Below are positions 1-7,668 of a DNA stretch of 12,259 nucleotides, in pieces. Location: assembly GCF_006345805.1 (NCBI RefSeq), contig NW_021826574.1, positions 1 through 12,259 on the forward strand, read 5' to 3'. The notes under the pieces were generated by a model. The model was not told the DNA's origin, did no database searches, and saw only the letters and a program-made list of their open reading frames with translations. The stretch is from Octopus sinensis. Its lineage: Eukaryota. Both the position numbers and the translations under genes were made by a program. Each line of letters opens with the position of its first letter. Within the stretch, counting starts at the first letter, position 1.

Positions 1-98
1 TGTATATACGTATATATGTACCATATATATATACATAATCATATGTTGTATTATAAGTTCATGTTTCTAATATATATATTTGTATATGTATATATATG

Positions 99-134
<36 letters not shown>

Positions 135-200
135 ACACACACACATACACACATGCGCATGTTCCTTTCTACATACATACATACATAAACACATAACCAA
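1..200. repeat. Compound (TA)n/(CA)n/(TACA)n microsatellite
   Basis: Degenerate TA run 1-99, (CA)n ~101-152, TACA units to ~200. Confidence 0.95.
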
Positions 201-267
201 CACACACCTGTGCATACATACGCATGTATTCCGTGTCTTTGTGCGTCTGTCAGAGCATGTGTTTACA

Positions 268-408
268 CATGTTTACATTTTTGAAACAAAGCGAAACGTG
301 CTCACACAAAGAGTATTCAGATGAGGGCGAGCAGAAATGCGATTCTCTCACTCTTGCGTGTATTCTTTATATTAGCACGTTTTTGCTTTGTTTAAAAATG
401 TAAACATG
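268..408. mobile_element. Small foldback/MITE-like element with ~36-bp imperfect inverted arms
   Basis: 267-302 ACATGTTTACATTTTTGAAACAAAGCGAAACGTGCT is the near reverse complement of 374-409; weaker pairing (18/29 by manual alignment) continues inward. Flanks CA (266-267) and TA (409-410) could be a mutated TA TSD. Confidence 0.6.
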
Positions 409-467
409 TATTCACTGTTGTATCCTAGGATAACCCATAACATATGGATGTACTTCACACTCTCACA

Positions 468-485
468 AACTATCTATCTATCTAC

Positions 486-558
<73 letters not shown>

Positions 559-572
559 CATCCATTCATCCC

Positions 573-649
<77 letters not shown>

Positions 650-800
650 ATCTATCTATTTATCTATCTGTCGGTCTGTCTGTCTGTGTAGCTATCTGTC
701 TGTCTGTCTGTCTGTCTGCTTGTCTGTCTAGCTATCTGTTGATATATATGTGTATATATATATATATTCATATATATGTGTATATATATATATATTTTTT
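468..800. repeat. Compound (CTAT)n, (TGTC)n, (TA)n microsatellite
   Basis: Directly visible tandem units; explains ORFs 388..915 and 444..731 (YLSI repeats). Confidence 0.97.
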
Positions 801-817
801 TTTTCTAGTTTCATCTC

Positions 818-1005
818 AGAGCTGCGGCCATGCTGATGCACCGCCGTTTTGTGCTACACTGTTATTGCGACGAACCTCGTCTAATATGTGGCACCTGGTG
901 AAGAATGGAGTTTGATACAGCTACTCTCATTTGCACCTCTTGCCGTGAGGTAGGTTCATCTGGGACTCTTGACAGGAAGATGTCCAGCTTTGATTTAAAA
1001 ACCGC
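818..1005 (-). mobile_element. Probable SINE-like fragment sharing the 3' tail of SINE family A
   Basis: 820-845 GCTGCGGCCATGCTGATGCACCGCC matches the family A tail at 1868-1892 (GACTGAGGCCATGCTGGAGCACCGCC), but the adjacent body differs. The extent beyond 845 is uncertain. Confidence 0.4.
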
Positions 1006-1020
1006 TACACATACTTTGTG

Positions 1021-1022
<2 letters not shown>

Positions 1023-1083
<61 letters not shown>
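1023..1083. repeat. (AT)n microsatellite
   Basis: Perfect AT run. Confidence 0.98.
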
Positions 1084-1085
<2 letters not shown>

Positions 1086-1087
1086 CA

Positions 1088-1300
1088 TTTACTTATTTCT
1101 GTCATTAGACTGCAGCCATGTTTTGGCACCCCTTTGAGATGTTTAGTCGAACAAATCGATGACATGATTTATTTGTAAATCTATTACACCTTCTAACGTT
1201 CTTTTGCCGCGTAGCTATGTTGGAGGAGGTAAATTAACTAACACCGGTTTGTCAAGCGATGGTAGGAGATAAATATAGTACAAACCGAAAGACATACACG
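1088..1300 (-). mobile_element. Old, 5'-truncated SINE family A fragment (3' half)
   Basis: Collinear with 1850-2040: TCATTAGACTGCAGCCATG...TTTAGTCGAACAAATCGA...CTTTTGCCG...ACACCGGTTTGTCAAGCGATGG. Confidence 0.75.
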
Positions 1301-1429
1301 CACGCACACAGAAACGCATACGTAGATACATACATCCATACAAACATACGTGTTTGCGTGCGAAAATCCAGATTTTGTATCTTCTATTATATAACTGCCG
1401 CGTTAGATTTGACCTGCGACTAGATATAT

Positions 1430-1507
1430 CACCACCACCACCACCAACATCGCCGCCGCCGCCCCCACCAGCACAACCACCCCATACCCACCCCAACAAC
1501 AACAATG
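1430..1507. repeat. Compound trinucleotide tract (CAC/GCC/AAC)
   Basis: CACCACCACCACC...GCCGCCGCC...AACAACAAC; explains the poly-G/poly-P ORFs. Confidence 0.9.
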
Positions 1508-1826
1508 ACAGCCATATCAACTGCTATTCAATATCTCCGAAGAGTGTACTACATCAAACATGCATAATTAAGCGCAGCCTAACATGTGTGAAGCCGAAAA
1601 TAGTATTTCCTTTAATGGAATTATAACTGTAACAAAAAGAAAAAAAACTTTAGTGTTAATAACAATTCTTCTTAAAACAGCAAGGGAGAGAACTCTGGAG
1701 TTTCGGTTGTCGATTTAGATGCGATCCGTGTGTGTGGCAGTAGATTCGGCTGCTTTTTCAGGCGACACGCAGAGGCAAACTCAGATCGTTATGGCTCTTG
1801 TTACAGCTGTTGTTGTTCTTATTGTT

Positions 1827-2229
1827 ACTCTTTACTCTTTTACTCTTTTACTTGTTTCAGTCATTTGACTGAGGCCATGCTGGAGCACCGCCTTTTAGTC
1901 GAGCAAATCGACCCCGGGACTTATTCTTTTGTAAGCCCAGTACTTATTCTATCGGTCTCTTTTGCCGAACCGCTAAGTTACGGGGACGTAAACACACGCA
2001 TCGGTTGTCAAGCAATGCTAGGGGGACAAACACAGACACACACGCATATATATATATACATATATACGACAGGCTTCTTTCAGTTTCCGTCTACCAAATC
2101 CACTCACAAGGAATTGGTCGGCCCGAGGCTATAGCAGAAGACACTTGCCCAAGATGCCATGCAGTGGGACTGAACCCAGAACCATGTCGTTGGTTAGCAA
2201 GCTACTTACCACACAGCCACTCCTGCGCC
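1827..2229 (-). mobile_element. Full-length tRNA-derived SINE (family A) with 7-bp TSD
   Basis: Minus strand starts GGCGCAGGAGTGGCTGTGTGGTAAG (A box), has GGTTCAGTCCC (B box), a CORE-like ATCTTGGGCAAGTGTCTT segment, internal (TA)/(CA) and an (AGTAAAAG)n tail. TATTGTT is duplicated at 1820-1826 and 2230-2236. Related copies at 5047 and 9008. Confidence 0.93.
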
Positions 2230-2264
2230 TATTGTTGACATATTTTTTTTAACAAATCTGCTGT

Positions 2265-2430
2265 CAAGGTCAGAAGAGTTGCTGTTGTCCTTGTTGTTGT
2301 TATCGCAGATGGTAATGTTAGTGGTGGTGGGATAAAAACGGTTTTTAGCAACTGTGCTGTCGACGTTGCTAAAGCTGTTGGTTTTGTTGTAATTGCTGTT
2401 TTTGTTGCTGCTGTTGTTGTTGTTCTACTT
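2265..2430. repeat. Decayed (GTT/GCT)n low-complexity tract
   Basis: GTT/GCT-rich triplets; explains the Thr-rich ORF 2229..2483. Confidence 0.75.
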
Positions 2431-2609
2431 GTAAAATATCCAGCATGGAACAGAGCAGGTGCGTTTACAGATGGTTGCACCATTTTCAGGAATAATTACC
2501 AACTCAATAATTTCTATAATAATTACCACCTCCCCGAGCACCATTCCCCAGCACCGGTCCTTCATCACTGTTTTCCTTCATCTCATCCCCATTTTTTTTT
2601 CTTCCTCAG

Positions 2610-2694
2610 CTGCAACTTGTCGATAGGATGTCAATATGAATGGAATCCCTAACTGGGTCTATGAAGAAAGAGGAGAAAACCTTTCTGATTCTTG
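2610..2694 (+). CDS. Candidate exon A (85 nt); one frame reads AT C R * DVNMNGIPNWVYEERGENLSDS; product unknown, contains a DPP4/FAP-like motif
   Basis: Acceptor T9CTTCCTCAG (AG 2608-2609), donor TTG|GTATGC (GT 2695-2696), ATG at 2636 with A at -3 and an upstream in-frame TAG (2624-2626). No transcript evidence. Confidence 0.35.
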
Positions 2695-2717
2695 GTATGC
2701 TTAACTGTTGGTGCTTA

Positions 2718-2741
2718 GTGCGTTTCCTATTCTCGAATAAC

Positions 2742-2832
<91 letters not shown>

Positions 2833-2950
2833 CAACAACAGCAACAATGACGACGACGACGATGATACCTTCTACTACTACTACTACTACTACTACTACT
2901 CTACTACTACTAATAATATAATAATGATGATGATGATGATGATGATGATA
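2718..2950. repeat. Compound trinucleotide array (AAT)n-(AAC)n-(GAC)n-(CTA)n-(GAT)n
   Basis: Directly visible; abuts the 3' end of the SINE at 2949. Explains ORFs 2606..3025 and 2640..2921. Confidence 0.97.
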
Positions 2951-3353
2951 ATCCTTTCTACTATAAGTAGAAAGCCTTAAATTTGGGGAATGGAGATAAT
3001 CGATTACGCCAACCTCAGTACACAACTGGTACTTATTTTATCGAGATCCGATTGGATGAAAAGCAAAGTCGACCTCGGCGGAATTTGAAATCAGAACGTA
3101 GCGACGGGCGAAATAGCTATTTCTATTTCTTTACTACCCACAAGGGGCTAAACACAGAGGGGACAAACAAGGACAGACAAACGGATTAAGTCGATTATAT
3201 CGACCCCAGTGCGTAACTGGTATTTATTTAATCGGCCCCGAAAGGATGAAAAGCAAAGTCGACATCGGCGGGATTTAAACTCAGATCGTAGCGGCAGACG
3301 AAATACCGCTAAGCATTTTGTCCAGCGTGCTAACGATTCTGCTAGCTCGCCGC
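2949..3353 (-). mobile_element. Dimeric tRNA-derived SINE (family B, Nin/Deu-like central domain)
   Basis: Two collinear monomers (3115-3353 with head GCGGCGAGCTAGCAGAATCGTTAGC; 2949-3114 headless), each carrying GTCGACTTTGCTTTTCATCC...CGAT..AAT...TACCAGTT. Monomeric relatives at 9780 and 10681. The domain name is from recalled similarity. Confidence 0.9.
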
Positions 3354-3374
3354 TTTAACAACAAAAACAACAAT

Positions 3375-3412
<38 letters not shown>
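3354..3412. repeat. (AAC)n-(GAT)n tract; probable LINE 3' tail
   Basis: (GAT)n 3376-3412 directly follows, on the minus strand, GGCAAATAAAAGAA (AATAAA at 3417-3422). Confidence 0.85.
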
Positions 3413-3414
<2 letters not shown>

Positions 3415-4537
3415 CTTTTATTTGCCACCAGGGCGAATGATGGGTGACAATACAAAGACAGATATAAAGTGTGGGTGTTTACATAAAATGAAATGATAAA
3501 ATAGATAATAACAACAATAATAAAACAAAGGGATACAGTACACGGATGGATGGAAGCATTCCGTCGGTTACGACGATGAGGGTTCCGGTTGATCAGAATC
3601 AACGGAGCAGCCTGCTCGTGAAATTAACGTGTAAGTGGCTGAGCACTCCACAGACACGTGCACCCTTAACATAGTTCTCGGGGATATTCAGCGTGACACA
3701 GAGAGTGACAAGGCCGGCCCTTTGAAATACAGGTACAACAGAAACAGGAAGTAAGAGTGAGAGAAAGTTGTGGTGAAAGAGTACAGCAGGGATCACCACC
3801 ATCCCCTGCCGGAGCCTCGTGAACTTTTTAGGTGTTTTCGCTCAATAAACACCACACCGCCGTCTGGGAATCGAAACCGCGATCCTATGACCGCGAGTCC
3901 GCTGCCCTAACCACTGGGCCATTGCGCCTCCACAGTACACGGATATACAGTAAACAAGAAGGGAAGTTTACACAGTATACAAAGGTCAAAAAACGGGATA
4001 CACGGTATACATAAACAGGAAGGGAAGTATACAAAGTATACAAAGGCAAAAAAGAAAAAGAAAGTAGTGATGTAGTCCTCCTGATACAGGAGGAACTCTG
4101 GAGATAACCAAGGAACCCCACCATTCAAGATCTCGCTGAACACCAGGAGCAAGTCCCCTCTCCAGTTCCCTTTCTCCGACTCACGGGTCTACACCTTCAC
4201 ACGCCTTTCAATAACTTCACTCAAGGACAGCACTTTCCTCTCTGCCTTCACTTCCCTTTCCAAGTGAAACTTGAAAAAAATCGACGAGGCCTTTACCAAA
4301 GAGGAATGCATTTGTTCTCATGTATTTCAACGTCGTCTACTAGACAAACCTCTTTCGTCACAGCCACCAGGCAAAGGAAAACTCACTTACCTGCCCAATT
4401 AAAGGGGGGGGGCGGGGCAATCGTCACTAAGGATTCGGTCGATAGACGGTTCCGTCCTGCCCGCGTCAGCAGCTATTCGACATATATTCACAAGTCAGCA
4501 ATACCCGGACACTGAACGAGTGCGTGCAGAAGGTAAC
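3413..4537 (-). mobile_element. 5'-truncated, decayed L1/Tx1-clade LINE (ORF2 C-terminus plus 3' UTR), interrupted by a SINE
   Basis: Minus 4529-4189 translates with stops and two frameshifts as LHALVQCPGIADL*IYVE*LLTRAGRNRLSTESLVTIAPPPPFNWAGK*VFLCLVAVTKEV/V**TTLKYMRTNAFLFGKGLVDFF/KFHLEREVKAERKVLSLSEVIERRVKV*. This matches the His/Cys half of the CCHC knuckle and the downstream motifs of L1/Tx1 ORF2. The 3' UTR has a ~61-bp tandem duplication (3945-4053), AATAAA and a (CAT)n tail. Confidence 0.8.
3548..3931 (-). mobile_element. Full-length tRNA(Arg)-like SINE (family C) with 13-bp TSD
   Basis: Minus strand head GGAGGCGCAATGGCCCAGTGGTTAGGGCAGCGGACTCGCGGTCATAGGATCGCGGTTTCGATTCCC (A and B boxes). 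ACAGTACACGGAT is duplicated exactly at 3535-3547 and 3932-3944. Confidence 0.93.
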
Positions 4538-4777
4538 TATCATACTAATAATCATAGAAGCATTAAAAGAGAGTGTTATTATCAGTTGTTGGCTGTTTTC
4601 GAGGTCGTCGCCATTCATATACCCCGTTAACCAGCACAAATCATTTCTATATCAAAATATTTCATGTTTGTTGCAATATAAGTTATGTTTAATATGCTTA
4701 TTATTATTTTCGTTTTTCAAAAATTATTGAAAATGTTTTCAGGAAGATTCGCAAATTTTCGATGAAGGACCCTCGAA

Positions 4778-4930
4778 GTGGTGGCTTGTTTACTAGAGAT
4801 AGCCGCCAAATCTCCCTCAAATCACCCTTCCGTCTAAAAAATAGAGTGAGAACTTATTGGACTAAATACATTATATCTGAAAAGCCTTTGATCGTAAGTC
4901 TCTTCGACCAGTGTTGGCTTGTGGCTAAGA
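4778..4930 (+). mobile_element. Interspersed repeat family D fragment (probable SINE 3' part)
   Basis: GTGGTGGCTTGTTTACTAGAGATAGCCGCCAAATCTCCCTCAAATCAC is related to segments at 7428, 7729 and 8061 in this window. Confidence 0.6.
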
Positions 4931-5046
4931 AATAATAAAAAAAATGTAAAATGCAACCATCACAAGAACAAATATAACAAAATGTTGCCTGCACCAATCT
5001 AATAAAATACCAAAGCTGACAATGTCTTATATATTTTATTTTCTAC

Positions 5047-5441
5047 TTCTTTCAGTTATTGGGCAGCAGCCAAGTTGGGGTGCCACCTTGAAGGGTTTTA
5101 GTAAAAACAATACTGATCCCAGAACTTATTTTTCAAAGTCTGACAATTATTCTATCGGTCACTTTTCTTAAGCTGCTATGTTACATGGACGAAGCAGACC
5201 TACACCAGATATCAAGTGGTGATGGTGATGGTGGTTGGAACAAACACATGCGCTCGCACGCACACACACACACACACATGAAAGGCTTCCACATTTTCTA
5301 TCTGACAAATTTACTCACAAGGCATTTGTTGGTCCGGGACTACTTTTGAAGACATTTGTCCAAGGTGCCGCACAGTAGGACTGAACCCGAGACCACGTGG
5401 CTGCAAAACGAGCTTTTTGACAACATAGTCATGCCTGCGTC
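5047..5441 (-). mobile_element. Older full-length SINE family A copy
   Basis: Collinear with 1827-2229 from tail to head; B box GGGTTCAGTCCT retained; more diverged; no clear TSD. Confidence 0.85.
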
Positions 5442-5527
5442 TATAGGCATGCCTGTAAAACGATAGTTAAGTTAATGTTAGTAATAGCTAAGTTACTATT
5501 AGTTTTAATCCAGAAATCATAAAAACC

Positions 5528-5686
5528 TGCAGCGTGGAAGGTGTTTGTAAGCACGGATTTTTGTCAGTGAATAGGTCGCGGATTTTAGCGACGAAAATAT
5601 TTTGACAAATTAAACTTAAATGTTGAAGTGAATCGAACAGCTTTTGTGTGTTTCTTAAATGGCTTACAAACACCTTCCACGCTGCA
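5528..5686. mobile_element. 159-bp element bounded by a perfect 25-bp inverted repeat (MITE-like)
   Basis: TGCAGCGTGGAAGGTGTTTGTAAGC (5528-5552) is the exact reverse complement of 5662-5686; 109-bp spacer; no TSD seen. Confidence 0.7.
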
Positions 5687-5834
5687 ATTGTTTTCGTTTC
5701 AGCACACGATCTCAGATCAAATCACTTGCTATGCGAGTACATCTTCATAAAAACCTCCTAGATAGAAATAATTATGTAATGAAGAAAAAGACAAAAAATA
5801 TTAATCATCGAAGATTATTTTTCATTTTTTTCAG

Positions 5835-5963
5835 TGAGAATAGGAGACAACTCCTTGCATCTTGTGGCATTATTATGACCCCAACAGCGAAATATAAAGT
5901 TCGCGTTACTTGCCGAATTAGTGATGGGAGAGTAAAGAAATAAATGTACAAGGCTGAACATTG
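5835..5963 (+). other. Candidate exon B (97 nt to donor 5932, or 129 nt to donor 5964)
   Basis: Acceptor TTATTTTTCATTTTTTTCAG (AG 5833-5834); donors AGA|GTAAAG and TTG|GTAGGT. The only long open frame is ENRRQLLASCGIIMTPTAKYKVRVTCRISDGR(VKK*). Confidence 0.3.
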
Positions 5964-6317
5964 GTAGGTGTTGAAAAATAGAATCTGCTTCAAAGAATCA
6001 ATAATTCAGAAGAGAAGTTAAGAATATAATTACTGCACGTTTGTTGTCAATAGCAACTATTATGTCGTTCCGAGATATTTCGTTTTCCGTGCGTAAGAGG
6101 GTTCCCATAGATCATTAGCAATTACCTGTTTGTTTAACCGCATTAGCATTTTGTTCTGCTCGATAAGGGCTGAGCTTGCGCTAAACAACCACATTAACAC
6201 TATGACTTAGAGTAATTTATGAGCGATAAGCTAGAAATATTGGTTTGGAGCTAAGAGAGATACTGAGAAGCGGAAGCGGGAAAAAAGTTGCTTTGTTAAG
6301 ATGTAATGATACCGTAA

Positions 6318-6800
6318 CTTCTTTGACATGTGTAAAACATTTCAGATGACAGTGATATATCGACAACTTTAGAGCTAAAACATCTAAATATTCAGCCATA
6401 GGTACCGGCTATGTTTTTTTTATTATTATTATAGTCATAGGCAATACTAGTGTGGAATAGCTATACTTCTCTTGAGCTTTAATGTTACACCTGTGTACTA
6501 ATTCTACTCTTGAGTACCAGTACTATTTCCGTGCTCTACGAGTGTACCAATAATACTCCTTCTTTGACATATGTAAAACATTTCAGATGACAGTGATATA
6601 TCGACAACTTTAGAGCTAAAACATCTAAATATTCAGCCATAGGTACCGGCTATGTTTTTTTATTATTATTATAGTCATAGGCAATACTAGTGTGGAATAG
6701 CTATATTTCTCTTGAGCTTTAATGTTACACCTGTGTACTAATTCTACTCTTGAGTACCAGTACTATTTCCGTGCTCTACGAGTGTACCAATAATACTCCT
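6318..6800. repeat. Recent head-to-tail tandem duplication (241 + 240 bp)
   Basis: 6318-6558 vs 6559-6798 differ only at G6330/A6571, C6466/T6706 and T8/T7; 2-nt CT microhomology at the junction. Confidence 0.97.
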
Positions 6801-7052
6801 GCCTGCCAATGCTACTCTTCTGTAGACCAACACAACTCTAGTGTAGCGGTACTACTCTCGAGTACCAGTGCTATCCGGTACATTATTACTCCTGGGTACA
6901 AATATTACTCGTGAATTCCAATACATATAACTTGCTCTAGTCCTTACTCATCAGTGTCCATACTATCCTTGAGTTTCCCCACTAAGCTTGAAGAGTAGGA
7001 AACTCAACAATACTCCTGAGCATCGTGACTACTCCCCCGTGTACCAACACTA
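6461..7052. repeat. Decayed ~19-21-bp minisatellite, consensus approx. TACTCYTGAGTACCARTAC
   Basis: Units such as TACTCTTGAGTACCAGTAC (6505), TACTCTCGAGTACCAGTGC (6853), TACTCCTGGGTACAAATAT (6887), TACTCCTGAGCATCGTGAC (7011). Confidence 0.75.
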
Positions 7053-7099
7053 TTTGGAAATGTGCAGGAGACTAGCACCGATTTTATCAGCTTAAATTA

Positions 7100-7203
7100 G
7101 CAGAAAGAAATAAATAAATAAAGAAAGAAAGAAAGCGAGAAAGAAAGAAAGAAAGGAAGAAAAGACACAAATAAAGAAAAGAAAAGAGAGAGAAGAAAAG
7201 GAA
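7100..7203. repeat. Purine-rich (AAAT)n/(AAAG)n tract
   Basis: Directly visible. Confidence 0.9.
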
Positions 7204-7320
7204 GATTTATCGATGAGTGTGTTTGGGTCATGAGAACCAGATTAGATATTTTGATTGTTATCACTTTCCAATAACCTGTCGATTGGGTGAGAGTTTTTTT
7301 TCTGTGATCTGCCATTCTAG

Positions 7321-7357
7321 GTTCAACAGCTTAGGAGAAAATAATGGAGCAGAAGAG
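7321..7357 (+). CDS. Candidate exon C (37 nt); open frame (x)FNSLGENNGAEE, or a start-codon exon MEQK from ATG 7344
   Basis: Acceptor T8CTGTGATCTGCCATTCTAG (AG 7319-7320) and near-consensus donor GAG|GTGAGT (GT 7358-7359). One of three frames is open (phase 2 to phase 0). ATG 7344 has A at -3 and G at +4. Confidence 0.45.
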
Positions 7358-7422
7358 GTGAGTTAAAGAGTAATTCTTTATTGAAGTTTGAACTAAAATC
7401 GGAGCGAATCAAAGAAGAAACA

Positions 7423-7603
7423 TCTACGTGTCACTCAACACGCAAGAAGTAACAACCCAATCTCCTCCAATCGTATATTTCCCTATTATGAAGTGAGAGA
7501 GAGACATTGAAATAGCCGTTTGGCTATTGTTAAGAGCCCAACATCTCTCACAAGGCAAATTATGCGATGGAAATAGATGACAGTATCAAAAACGACAAGA
7601 CAG

Positions 7604-7668
<65 letters not shown>

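Noticed and set aside
16-915. Long ORFs with HT, YLSI and YI repeats (also 2606..3025, 2640..2921, 9327..9720, 11630..11850)
   Set aside because: They are translations of microsatellites that lack stop codons.
2239-2653. ~138-codon stop-free + frame with a transmembrane-like Val/Ala stretch and a weak YPAW...IFRNN match to DPP6/10
   Set aside because: No start codon; openness and hydrophobicity come from decayed (GTT/GCT)n; spacing and frame are inconsistent with the NGIPNW motif.
3860-3931. tRNA-like sequences at SINE heads (also 2160-2229, 9008-9075)
   Set aside because: No acceptor-stem closure or terminator; they continue into SINE bodies with TSDs.
4385-4393. Perfect minus-strand donor CAG|GTAAGT
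   Set aside because: It is inside the LINE remnant with no matching acceptor or other minus-strand exon evidence; a chance 9-mer is plausible.
4743-4893. 151-nt open phase-2 exon candidate (TTTTCAG...ATC|GTAAGT), and IFDEGPSKWW spaced like DPP4 VFSAYSALWW
   Set aside because: It lies largely in repeat family D, the WW comes from the repeat's start, and no SP follows. It shows that plausible false exons are common here.
5837-5878. Ankyrin-like GDNSLHLVA in an alternative frame of candidate exon B
   Set aside because: Lacks the TPLH core and stops three codons later.
6461-7052. CRISPR-like repeat array
   Set aside because: Eukaryotic context, units highly diverged and adjacent, no unique spacers, no cas genes.
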